Assembly: GCF_001194135.2 (NCBI RefSeq)
Contig: NC_069007.1
Coordinates: 3,308,804-3,357,973 of the forward strand
Source of the DNA: Octopus bimaculoides
Taxonomy: Eukaryota
DNA: 49,170 nt
Direction: 5' to 3'
Numbering within the stretch: the first letter of the stretch is position 1; each line of letters starts with the position of its first letter. Position numbers and translations under genes: made by a program. Of the stretch, positions 1 through 11,961 are shown one piece after another. The notes below the pieces were generated by a model that ran no database searches, was not told the origin of the DNA, and saw only the letters and a list, made by a program, of their open reading frames with translations.

Positions 1-76
1 AGGGGAGGGTGTTCTTTTTGTTATGATTCTCTTTGTTTTTCAGTGGCAGCGGTGATGGTAGCAGTGGCTTTGAAGG

Positions 77-113
<37 letters not shown>

Positions 114-463
114 TTCTTTTATGGACCAGAAGGGCCCATGGAATGGAGGACCATATCAAAGGACTAGTTACAATGCACAAAAACAGGTGGGGAGGTGGGG
201 TTTACATCAATGAAAGGGAGATATATATAATAATGTTCTTTTCTACTCTTGGCACAAGGCCCCGAGTTTGGGGGGGGGGCAGTTGATTAGATCAACCCCC
301 CCAGTATGCAACTGGTACTTAATTTATCGACCCCCGAAAGAATGAAAGGCAAAGTCAACCTCGGCAGAATTTGAACTCAGACGAAATACCACAAAGCATT
401 TCGCCCGATAAACATTTCGCCCGATAAGCATTTCTAAGCTCGCTGCCTTAGATATAATATATG

Positions 464-494
<31 letters not shown>

Positions 495-1489
495 NNNNNN
501 NNNNGCTCAAGAACACAACGCATCGCCCGGTCCAGGAATTGAAACCACAATCTTTTGATCATGAGTCCAAACACCCTAACCACTAAGCCATGTGCCTCCA
601 CTAGTGGATTTGCTAGGTAGAAACTGAAAGAAGCTTGTCACCCTTGATCCAGTTGACCAGTGGTCAAAGACACCCCAGGCTTGACCACTCCATTTTTTAT
701 TCAGAATTATTACATTTGGAATTTCTTAGTCTAAAGTGTCTGTTTTTTGAAAAGACTGTTATGATTGTTGTTGTTGTTATTGCTGTTGAGCTGGCAAAAT
801 CCTTAGCATGCCAAACAAAATGCTTATCAGAATTTCAGCTGTCTTTACGTTCTGAGTTCAAATCCTGCCAAAGCCAACTTTGGCTTTCATCCTTTCAGGG
901 TCGATGAAATAAGTACCCAGTTCGGGAATTGAAACCGCAATCTCATGATCAGGAGTCCATAACCACTAATCCACATACCTCCACACTCAAACATAAAGGG
1001 GTGGACAATGATTGAAAGATGTTACAAGGAGATGAGAGAGGAAGAGCAAACCCTTCACATTTGACCATTTCCTACCCCCAGCCCCTCCTCCCATATCATA
1101 AAAGATCAGCTCTTTAGTGGTTTCACAGTGACCACGTAATTAAGTAATTAACGGTCAAGTTAATTGTGAAATCAATTTCTCAGGTGCCCACACAAATGGC
1201 CAGTCAATTACTAATTTGCTCACCAGTTTAATTAACTCCACGGACAGAGTTGTACAGCTCTATTGAGGGGGTTAACGAATGCCAGGGAAAGGTCGGTGAA
1301 AGGTCAAATAATTAGCTGGACCTCTTGCTTGTGCCAGGGAATGTCTTCAACTCCCTGTCAGATTGTATGTTGGTGTCACTCAGTTAATGAGAACCACTTA
1401 ACGAGCCAGGATTGGCTGCTTAACACGGATTGCTAAATAAACATGTGTAACAACATTAAAGCAATTTACATACACATAAATATACATAT

Positions 1490-1501
1490 GTCATCATCAT
1501 C

Positions 1502-1552
<51 letters not shown>

Positions 1553-1622
1553 TATATATACGTATGGATATTTATGTATATTATATATGTCTTTATGTGT
1601 GTGTATACAGACATGCATATAT

Positions 1623-1680
<58 letters not shown>

Positions 1681-1948
1681 NNNNNNNNNNNNNNNNNNNN
1701 NNNNNNNNNNNNNNNNNNNNNNNNNNNNNNNNNNNNNNNNNNNNNNNNNNNNNNNNNNNNNNNNNNNNNNNNNNNNNNNNNNNNNNNNNNNNNNNNNNNN
1801 NNNNNNNNNNNNNNNNNNNNNNNNNNNNNNNNNNNNNNNNNNNNNNNNNNNNNNNNNNNNNNNNNNNNNNNNNNNNNNNNNNNNNNNNNNNNNNNNNNNN
1901 NNNNNNNNNNNNNNNNNNNNNNNNNNNNNNNNNNNNNNNNNNNNNNNN

Positions 1949-2011
<63 letters not shown>

Positions 2012-2020
2012 AAAGACATG
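1490..2020. repeat. (TA)n microsatellite flanking an assembly gap; representative of dozens of (TA)n, (CA)n, (CT)n, (CAT)n, (ACT)n, (TAA)n tracts
   Basis: Direct reading; most N-gaps abut such tracts. Confidence 0.95.
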
Positions 2021-2623
2021 CATGTATTTACACATGCATATATACGGACAAACTTACAATCATACAAATGCAAATGTGTGTGTGTGTATCTATGCATTTA
2101 TAAATATATATATATACACGTGTTGTGTGTATGTGTTATACAGCTACACACACCTTGTAATGTTGCAGATGTTAAACATGGCTATAATTTATAGAATGAT
2201 GTATGCAATCCAGAATTTATATACCTGTATAAATCATGAGAAGGTGACAGCTAGAATTTTCACCATGTGGCTCCTCCGAGCGGTGGTAGTTAAACTTATT
2301 ACCTTATGACAGGTACACACACACACACACATACCCACAAGTCCTGGGGTCGATTTGTTCAACTAAAGGTGTCGCTCCAGCATGGCTGCAGTCAAATGAC
2401 AGAAACAATTAAAAGAATAAAAGTGCATATGTGTGTGTATATAAACAGCTATATGCAGTATAAAACCAAAAAGGAAAAATCCAATTGTCACTAATTGAGA
2501 CTAAAAGTGCTGGGTTGCACCTATATTGCTAGAAATAATAGTTAAAAACCCTTCGAGTGACAAGAAAGCACATTTTTCCCTGTCATCTCTCCTGTCAGTA
2601 TATGAAAATATATACTCTTTATT

Positions 2624-3011
2624 CTTTTACTTGTTTCAGTCATTTGACTGCGGCCATGCTGGAGCACCGCCTTTAGTCGAGAAAATCGACCCCAGGACTT
2701 ATTCTTTGTAAGCCTAGAACTCATTCTATCGGTCTCTTTTTGCCGAACTGCTCAGTTACGGGGACGTAAACACACCAGCATTGGTTGTCAAGCGATGGTG
2801 GGGGGGACAAGCACAGACACACAAACACACATACATACACATATATACGACGGGCTTCTTTCAGTTTCCGTCTACCAAATCCACTCACAAGGCTTTGGTC
2901 GGCCCAAGGCTATAGTAGAAGACACTTGCCCAAGGTGCCACGCAGTGGGACTGAACCCAAAACCATGTGGTTGGTAAGCAAGCTACTTACCACACAGCCA
3001 CTCCTGCGCCT
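2624..3011 (-). mobile_element. tRNA-derived SINE family A with internal (TA/CA)n; copies about 12580-12990(-), 15940-16358(+), 31002-31331(-), 36200-36590(+), 41400-41714(-), 45215-45990(-, split), 48055-48258(-); fragments at 2337, 23540, 26590, 33720, 39615, 46350
   Basis: Head with A box TGGCTGTGTGG and B box GGTTCAGTCCC, CCTTGGGCAAG core, tail GACTGAAACAAGTAAAAGAG, repeated more than 8 times. Resembles octopus CORE-type SINEs (from memory). Confidence 0.92.
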
Positions 3012-3050
3012 ATATATNNNNNNNNNNNNNNNNNNNNNNNNNNNNNNNNN

Positions 3051-4274
3051 TATATTGGATTATCCCCTGAATAATGCAGTTTTTTTATACTTCTTTTATA
3101 TTTCAAAATTAAGATAAAGTTCTTTTTTAATCTAAAATATTCTCTCCTTCATTTTCTACAATGCTCTGCCATCTATCTTGTAGACTTGCAAGGCCCATCT
3201 TCCAAAATTCCTTGTCTGTGTCGAAAACTACTTCTCCAGTACTGTTCTGACCTCGTCTACAGAGTTCATATTTTTTCCATCCAAATTATTTTGAAGATTG
3301 CAGAATAAATGATAATCAGATGAAGTAATGTCCGGTGAATATGGTGGGTGGGGCATTATTTCCCATTCAAACTGCTCCAGCCTTTGGAATGTCATCCTCG
3401 CTGTATGTGGCCGAGCATTATCCTGATGGAAGAACACCTTCTAGCGCTGACTTAAGTCACTCAAACTGCTCACAGTAGATCTCCTTTGTTATCGTGTGGT
3501 TTGGGTTTAAAAGCTCAAAGTGGACTAAACCTTCCATATCCCACCAAACAGATAACAACACCTTACATGGATGAAGACCTTCTTTATCCTAGGGTGCCAA
3601 TGTTTCTCCTTTCCCTACCCACTCTCTTTGACGTCTGACATTTTTATAGAGAACCCATTTCTTGTCACCAGTCACTATCGATCCAAAAAAGGTTCATTTG
3701 TGAGATGTGACAGCAAAGAAGAGCACACATTCACTCTCTGCACAGGATTAGACTTAGAACGTCTGTGAGGAACTCATTCACCCAATTTGCTGACTTTTCC
3801 AATGGCACACAAGTATTGATGAATGGTTGAATGACCAAACCGAAGCTTCTCTACTAATTTCTCAACAGTTATGATGGGATTTTGTTCCACCAGGGTTTGC
3901 ATGACGTCCTCATTGAGCTCTACAGATCTTCCAGGATGAGGCTCGTCTTCTAGGCTGTAGTTTCCAGGTTGAAATTTCTGGAACTGCCCTTGACACTGGC
4001 TTACACTTACTATCCGATCCTCATATACTGCATTAATATTCCTTGCACTTTCCATTGCGTTGTTGCCTTTATTGAACTCATAAAACAAAATATGCCAAAT
4101 ATGCTCCTTTGTCACTTCCATTATAGTTTCGAAAAAATTAACTGTTACAATCGAATTGCATTCTTCAAAACTTGCAGCAAGTGTAATAACAAGGTAAAAT
4201 TACTACCTGCTTTTATAGCAAGTTGATGCAGGTAGTTTATCCCGTCCCCCTCCGACTTTTAGTTCAGGCAATTG
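3051..4274 (-). mobile_element. Decayed mariner (DD34D) DNA transposon, nearly full length
   Basis: HTH region MEVTKEHIWHILFYEF...EDEPHPGRS (3774-4121); catalytic QDNARPHT and PYSPDITSSDYHLF (3228-3437); stops between them; TIR-like end at 3051; other end runs into a gap. Confidence 0.93.
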
Positions 4275-5041
4275 NNNNNNNNNNNNNNNNNNNNNNNNNN
4301 NNNNNNNNNNNNNNNNNNNNNNNNNNNNNNNNNNNNNNNNNNNNNNNNNNNNNNNNNNNNNNNNNNNNNNNNNNNNNNNNNNNNNNNNNNNNNNNNNNNN
4401 NNNNNNNNNNNNNNNNNNNNNNNNNNNNNNNNNNNNNNNNNNNNNNNNNNNNNNNNNNNNNNNNNNNNNNNNNNNNNNNNNNNNNNNNNNNNNNNNNNNN
4501 NNNNNNNNNNNNNNNNNNNNNNNNNNNNNNNNNNNNNNNNNNNNNNNNNNNNNNNNNNNNNNNNNNNNNNNNNNNNNNNNNNNNNNNNNNNNNNNNNNNN
4601 NNNNNNNNNNNNNNNNNNNNNNNNNNNNNNNNNNNNNNNNNNNNNNNNNNNNNNNNNNNNNNNNNNNNNNNNNNNNNNNNNNNNNNNNNNNNNNNNNNNN
4701 NNNNNNNNNNNNNNNNNNNNNNNNNNNNNNNNNNNNNNNNNNNNNNNNNNNNNNNNNNNNNNNNNNNNNNNNNNNNNNNNNNNNNNNNNNNNNNNNNNNN
4801 NNNNNNNNNNNNNNNNNNNNNNNNNNNNNNNNNNNNNNNNNNNNNNNNNNNNNNNNNNNNNNNNNNNNNNNNNNNNNNNNNNNNNNNNNNNNNNNNNNNN
4901 NNNNNNNNNNNNNNNNNNNNNNNNNNNNNNNNNNNNNNNNNNNNNNNNNNNNNNNNNNNNNNNNNNNNNNNNNNNNNNNNNNNNNNNNNNNNNNNNNNNN
5001 NNNNNNNNNNNNNNNNNNNNNNNNNNNNNNNNNNNNNNNNN

Positions 5042-5086
<45 letters not shown>

Positions 5087-5189
5087 CATATATATATATA
5101 TATAATGATATATATACGTATATAATTATACAAACAAAATTTTGCAGCTGCTCTCTTTCCAAGGTGTGTACGTACTTATGTGTATCTTT

Positions 5190-5520
5190 ATCCACGTGTG
5201 TGCGTGTGTCTGTCTGTTTGTCCAGAAATATACCTATGTGCAGTCACTCTCTACAGACTCCCGCCTACCCGGTCACCCAGCCACCCCTCTGTCTCTCTGC
5301 GAGTCCATTTCCAAGACTGATTCCATGCCGTGCAGAATCAGCCGGACGTTATTACACTGGACGCCGTCGTCCTTCGCAAGAATCCATTTCGTTTCCGCTC
5401 GGAGAAATCTTTCGGTGGGGATTTGTGCATTTCCAAAAACAAAACAAACTTCCGTTGGGGACCTTTGATGTGTGGACCCTCTCCTCGCTCCGATTTGGAA
5501 AAGGGGTTACTTCGCTCCCG
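5190..5520 (+). promoter_or_regulatory. Candidate promoter / 5' UTR start of the cyclase gene
   Basis: Non-repetitive, visibly CpG- and GC-richer block about 1 kb upstream of the putative ATG; no TSS evidence. Confidence 0.35.
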
Positions 5521-6557
5521 GATTATACAACTCCCAACAATTGACAACTACAAGAAGAATAACAACAAAAACAATCATAACAACAACAACAACCACTGCT
5601 ACTACTACCACTACTACTATCTCTACTACTACTACTACTACCTCTACTACTACCTTTACTACTATCTCTACTACTACCTCTACTACTACTATTGGCATTA
5701 CTGTAACTGCTGCTACTACAACTACTATTACCACTACTACTACTACCACCACAGCTGCTGCTTCTACTACTACTACTACTACTACTAAGCAATAACAGTG
5801 GTTAACAACTGCAACAGTACCAACAACAACCACCACAACCACAACAACAACAGGAACTTTTGTGAAGCTATTTGGAAATAACCAAATCTTCTTTCAAATA
5901 ATACAAACGCGAAGAAAAATAAAATGGCAAGGGGTGGTCAAGGTTGGAACACTGGGTCTGCTCAATCAGGGTTGGGTTTAATCTACGGTTAACAACAACA
6001 CAAGGTATCCTATAGAGGAGCAACTGGGCCCGTGAGAAATAGCAGCTAAATTGCACATACAACACACACACACACACACACACACATACAAAGACACACA
6101 CACACATACAAACACACAACCACACGCTCACACACACACATACAAACACACACACACACCTCACAAGAGATATACACACACAAGCATACAAACACACAAC
6201 CACACACACACACACACAAACACATAGAAACACACACATACACAAACACACACACATACACATTCTCTCTCTCACACACACATAAACACACGCACACACA
6301 AGACGCTACGTAAAGGATGTATGTACTGGGCAGTGTAGGTTGATATATGTAACAAGACAGGATGGTCACATCTGGAGTGTCTTTGAGTATAAGTCTGTCC
6401 AATGCAGACTGGCTGGCCTGTGGCTAAATAACAACAACCGCTCTTCCTCAGATCCCCAACTACTACTACTACTACAACCACCATCACCACCACAACCACT
6501 ATTACTACTACCACTACTATTACTACTACTACTACTACTGCTGCTGCTGCTAAAACT

Positions 6558-6627
6558 ATGTCAGTTCTGAACAAACTGACTCTCCATGTTGGCAGAAGAT
6601 ACTCAGAGGTTGGCTACCATTTGGCAG
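6558..6627 (+). CDS. ADCY5: Adenylyl cyclase type 5/6-like, putative first coding exon (MSVLNKLTLHVGRRYSEVGYHLA)
   Basis: ATG in aaaactATG context (A at -3); in-frame TAA upstream at 6429-6431; strong donor CAG|GTGAGT; 70 nt (phase 1) matches the phase-1 acceptor at 9697 (G|AA = Glu). No homology support for the peptide. Confidence 0.65.
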
Positions 6628-6723
6628 GTGAGTGGACCCTTTTACGTGTTGTTGCTAACATTAGTGGTGGTGGTCGTGGAGGGGAAGGTGGTCGTGCACC
6701 AATCTGTAATCTTGTAATCTGTT

Positions 6724-8960
6724 TAAGCTAAGGTTTCTGCATTTGGATTTGCAATTTTCAATGACCATTTTATCAATAAGTGATTGGTCCTTACATCCAT
6801 ATGAACTCCTTTTACATCCCTTTTGTTCCACTGGGAATAACTTCCTATTGTCCAAGAATTCATATGCTCTACTCACTTTTATAGATGTTAATGGTTTATA
6901 TATGGTGGTGAAGTATGTTATGAGTTGGTATTTTGTGGAATTAGTAGCTTCTTCTGTTTTTGGTAAGAGATATGTAATACCTTCTGTAAGCCACTTTGGG
7001 GGTTTCACAGGGTTGGACATGACTTCATTGTATGCTATGACTAAGTTGTGGTGGGTGTTCATTAAAGAGTTTAGCCAAAAATTTAGAATCTTATCTACAC
7101 TTGAGGATTTCCATTTCTTTGACTTGGCGAGCACCACTTTCACTTCTTCAGTTGTTATATCTTACCATTCTTGATATTTGAGGTCGGCATTGGACCTCTT
7201 CTAGGTCCCTGACCCAATGTCCATTCTGATTAAACTCTTTTGGATTACTCCAAATGTTTTTTCCAAAAACCTTCAGTTTGCTGTTGAGAAGGAAGTGTTT
7301 TCACAATAATGGTATTTTCTGCCAGTTCCTTGTAGAATTTTATTGTGTTCTCCTTGAATAGTATTTTCTGTCTATGGAATGCTGAGTGGGTTTTTTTTTT
7401 GTATCTTGCCAATCGTTTGGTTTTTGATTATAGTTTTCATTTGAGGATTTCAATCTGCATATCCTTTGTCTTCTTGTGAAGGTCATGTTTAGCAAGGATT
7501 CTTATTAGTTTTCCCTTTGCTCGTTTCAAGTAGAAAAGCTATTTCTGCTCTTACTTGCATTATTTTCCGGTTTATTCTTTCCTTCCATGGAAGCTGTTTG
7601 CGGACATTGCACTTTTTTGTCTTTCTCTAATTTTAATTCCGCATTTCTGAGTTGCAACACAAGCAGCTGACTTAAACGAGTTGATCAATCACTCCGAGGG
7701 CATTTTCTCTATTCTCAAGGAGCTCTCCAAGTGCTTAATCAACTCCTTTGATTACTTTTCTCTTCTTATTTGTATTAATAATTTTGGGAAACGGGGTTCT
7801 TTCGTGGAAAGAGTGATGTGGTTGTATTAGATAACAGTTCATTGCTGATGTGGTCATTTATAGTGTATTTAGTATCAACTGGTGGTCCACCTTCATAAGA
7901 TCCCGTGTCCCTAGTTTGCTGGTTTGAGTTAGTGATTTCAGAGCGTTTTGCCCGTGGTTAGAAGTGAGTGTGTGTTATACTAAGCTGACTTTTGACTGAT
8001 CTGACTATTTTGTTAATTTTGTTGTCAGTTAAACTTTCATTTTTTAGGATATCACATCTCATAGCTCCTAGTTTATTACTGTCCATGTACAGCTTGCTAT
8101 GTGGAGGCGCAATGGCCCGGTGGTTAGGGCAGCGGACTCGCGGTCATAGGATTGTGGTTTCGATTCCCAGACCGGGCGTTGTGAGTGTTTATTGAGCGAA
8201 AACACCTAAAGCTCCACGAGGCTCCGGCAGGGGATGGTGGCAAACCCTGCTGTACTCTTCCACCACAACTTTCTCTCACTCTTACTTCCTGTTTCTGTTG
8301 TGCCTGTAATTCAAAAGGGTCAGCCTTGTCACACTGTGTCACGCTGAATATCCCCGAGAACTACGTTAAGGGTACACGTGTCTGTGGAGTGCTCAGCCAC
8401 TTGCACATTAATTTCACGAGCAGGCTGTTCCGTTGATCGGATCAACTGGAACCCTCGACGTCGTAAGCGACGGAGTGCCAACAACAAAGAGCCTGCTATG
8501 CGGGTTTTTGCACCTCCAGATATTGTAGGTCTCTTTTTGTGTGGTTGATGTTTCTGGGTTTAGTGTTGAATAATAATAAGTATCGATATATTCCTCCTTA
8601 GTCAATTTCTGTCCTGTATTTCTATTTCTTTGAGATAGGTTTGGTAGCTGACCCCGAGCGTCAGTTTCGGGAATATCCTTCCTTTGATTTGCTACAGGTT
8701 TTTGAGGAGGTCGGTCCTGATTTAAAGACTTTTGGAGCCCAGAATCAGAACCTAAGGTCACTAATGAATGCATTCTTCAAACGACACGGGTTCTAGGGGA
8801 TATTTCCATGCTTGGTATCCAGAGCCATGCAATAAGCGTAAAGGGTTAACCAGTTGTCTGGTTTCTTGGGTAAAGTTCAGAGGTCCCAGGTATCATCATT
8901 TTCTAGTTGCGGGGTGGGTTATTTTGAGAAGTTTTAAATTAGTCCATGTCATGACCTGCC
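6724..8960 (-). mobile_element. R4/Dong-like non-LTR retrotransposon remnant (N-terminal region plus first RT motifs), interrupted by a SINE
   Basis: 6724-7143 encodes WLTEGITYLLPK...EQKGCKRSSYGCKDQ.LIDKMVIENCK...NLS (R4-type RT); 8500-8773 encodes KLTKEEYID.YYY...TYNIWR; frame resumes across the SINE. 5' boundary approximate. Confidence 0.8.
8102..8489 (+). mobile_element. tRNA-derived SINE family C, full length; copies 19335-19643(+) and 24346-24729(-); related heads at 505-600(-) and 920-985(-)
   Basis: tRNA-like head GGCGCAATGGCCCGGTGGTTAGG...GGTTTCGATTCCC; (CAA)n tail; imperfect 11-bp TSD agcttgctatg/agcctgctatg; three very similar copies. Confidence 0.93.
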
Positions 8961-9696
8961 GCTTGGAAGGTGTCAAATGGCAGGCCAACAGATTTCATGT
9001 AGCATCATAGAAAGAGGCAGATATTGGACTGACAACTAGAGAGAGACAGAGACAGGGTGACAAAAGACAGAACCATCATGTAGTTTCCAAGCTGTTTCCA
9101 GTAAGATGGTGATGGCATTGGCAGCAGCGGTGGCAGAAGTGGTAATGAGATTGTATAATGAGATTGTATATGTTCTGTCAGCAGGATATAAACGGTGTCA
9201 CATGTGTGTGTTTGTCTCCAGACAAATCACTATTTTCATTGTTATTATTAGTAGCAGTAGTAGTAGTAGTAGCGGCAGGAGTAGTAGTGCAATCAGGAAG
9301 CAAAAGAGGCATCACACCCTTGCGGTCAGCAGAGGTCAAATGTGTGTGCTACTACAAGCGACCAATGAGAGGACTGACCTTGGCCTTGGAAAGAGCCAAA
9401 CTCACCCTGTTCTGTTTTAATTACAAATAGAAAAAAATAACAATATACACACACACACATATATTGATATTTACATCATTTAATTTTCATCATCACCATC
9501 AACATCATCACCATCATCATCACCACCATCATACCATCAATCACCACCATCATCATCATCACCATCATCATCATCACCATCATCATCATCACCATCATCA
9601 ATCACCATCTTTTAATGTCCTTTCTCCATACTGTGGTAACCATTATTATTTATTGCTTTTTTTTTATTTTTTTTTTTAATCTTTTGTCAATTGTAG

Positions 9697-10895
9697 AACA
9701 AAATGCAGACCAATCAAAGCAGCAAAGCCCAACTGAAGGGGCCAAGGAGACAATTAACGAGAGAAATTGTTCAGAGCCGACCAAGAACCAAGAAGAAATC
9801 CTACCGGCAAAGAAAGGCCCCAACGTGGAATACCTGAAACCCTCGAATATGATGAACGGACTGAGTGTAAACACAGAGGTACAAGAGACCAACAGCTTGG
9901 AACAACACACTGTGAGTGGCACGGTCATGAACTCATCAAAGAACCCGCAGTCCCCCGTGTCACCCATGTCACCCCCGGTAAGCCCCATCGACCATTCAAA
10001 TAGTAATGGTGTGGAGTTGAATGCTAATGTGACCATCCATTGCTCAACCAGTGATAGCCTGGAAGTACCGTCGTTACCTCTGACCACTTGCTCACAGAAT
10101 AAAAATCTGGAAAATTCTTTGCTGACATCAAACCATTGTGCGAATGGAAATGCCATCATCAAGAAAAAAACCTCCCAGGCGTTTACCAAGTCTGGGAGAA
10201 TTTCACCGATTTCTCAACAGCAGCGCTCTGTTTCTCGTAGCAGTTCTCAGATGCGCAAGACAGCGTGGGACCGTGCCGAGGAACGGTTTGAGGCAGAAGA
10301 GAGCCAACCTGCTTCAAAAGACATTAAAACTGAACATTTGACCACTGAGATACCGGTGTTCTCTGATACGGATTGCGGACAATTCAGTCTGCGGTTCCTT
10401 CGGAAGCCGTTCCAGTCGAAAATTTTTAACAAAACCCTGGAAGAGCTCTACCAGCGTTATTTCTTCAAACTGAACAAAACCAATCTCACACTCTTCATAC
10501 TCCTCGTCTCGTTCATTTGCATCCTTCTCATCATCATCTATTACGTCGGAGGCATGAAGCATTTCGCTCCCGGTACTGTCCTCTCGCTCACCTTTATCGC
10601 CCTGCTCATACAGGTGGTCGTTTGCAACAAGAGTTGCTTCACTCGTACGCACATGCGCTACATGTGCTTCGCAATGATCTTTATTCTGTGCCTCATTCTT
10701 ATCACAGTCATTACAACCAGCAACCTCCACAGCATGACAGAAGGCGTTTGGTGTGTAGTATTCTGTGTCTATTTAATTTACGCTCTGCTACCTCTCGAAA
10801 TGCAGCTGGCCATGTTGAGTGGTATTCTGCTCTGCCTCATCGACCTCGTTGCTACTCTGCTGCTAAACTACTACGAAGTTTTCACCACAAAACAG
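9697..10895 (+). CDS. ADCY5: ADCY5/6-like exon 2: long cytosolic N-terminus and TM1-TM5
   Basis: Acceptor after T-tract (ttgtag); donor CAG|GTATT; contains FQSKIFNKTLEELYQRYFFKLNKTNLT (AC5/6 pre-TM1 motif) followed by hydrophobic helices, e.g. EGVWCVVFCVYLIYALLP. Confidence 0.93.
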
Positions 10896-11811
10896 GTATT
10901 TATTAAACTCCTTCACTAATTATTTTATCATTTTTTCATCTTATTTTTCTCTGTGTGTATTCTATTGTGACTCCTGATTTTAACTCCCTCCTTCCTTTCC
11001 TCTCTCTGTAAATATTTGTGGCCTGGGGTCACCCTGAAAGCAAAGCCACCGCCTTATCAACCTCAGGTCACTAGCTTTGGACGTGACAGCCATCAGCTAA
11101 ACCAGAATTTCCAACACACGCAATCTAGGAATACTAAACGATGGCCAGAATTTAAGAGAAGAGAAAACCAAAAGGTCTCATGCTATTCATTTAAAAATTC
11201 TTGATTAGAACTTATTATTATTACTTCCGCCTTGGAAACTATTTTGAAAAGTGAATTTGTTAACTTTGGCTTGTATTAGATAAGGAGGGTTAGGGTTAGG
11301 GAAGGAGTTAGTTGGGGTTGAGACTTGGCTTGACTAGGGGTGAGGGGTCACCAGATGATGGCAATGAGGATCAAAGACATTCTGGCCATGACACTCACAT
11401 CTCTCTCTTTTTTTTCTTTTTGCAATCATAGTGTATCTAGGACTACATTATGCGAACTGTTGTTCCTTGTTAAAAATATTCGAGTGCGTTTTTTGAGGAG
11501 GATCTGGGCTACTTTATCTGCCCCTTCCTGTTGATGACAATGATGACAGCAACGTTAGATGATGGTGATGATGATGATTGGAAGGGGAAGTAGAGAGGAG
11601 GATAGAGGAGATGAGAAGAGAGGGGGAGAGGAAAGGAAGAGGTGGAGAGCAAGAGGACAATGATGATGATGATGATGATAATGATGACAAAGATGATAAT
11701 GTTGATACTAATGATGATTATGATATGAATAATGATGGTAAGGATAAAGTCGATGATGATGATGATGATGACTTACCTGTCTGTTACTAAATTACTTTCC
11801 ATTCCTGCCAG

Positions 11812-11961
11812 GCTTCCTGCAATGCGCTGCTATTTCTAGCTGTGAACATAGCTGGAGTGTTCACTCGCTATCCATGTGAATCATCCCAGAGGAAGGCCTT
11901 CCTGGAAACCCGGCGATGGATACAGATGAGGCTGCATACACAACGAGAGAATCAACAACAG
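11812..11961 (+). CDS. ADCY5: ADCY5/6-like exon 3: TM6 and helical domain ([50 protein letters not shown])
   Basis: ccag| ... |gtaag; 150 nt, phase 0-0; matches AC5 [31 protein letters not shown]. Absent from the supplied ORF track. Confidence 0.96.

Noticed and set aside
5330-5788. ORF MQNQPDVITL... as an upstream gene or exon
   Set aside because: GTG start, runs into microsatellite, no recognisable homology or splice sites linking it in frame.
8103-8178. tRNA-like sequences at SINE heads (also 540-600, 15945, 24660-24729)
   Set aside because: Continue directly into SINE bodies; no complete cloverleaf or oligo-T terminator.
9615-9696. 5' part of the 434-aa ORF as coding
   Set aside because: It is the polypyrimidine tract of the exon 2 acceptor; the ORF also reads through the donor at 10896.
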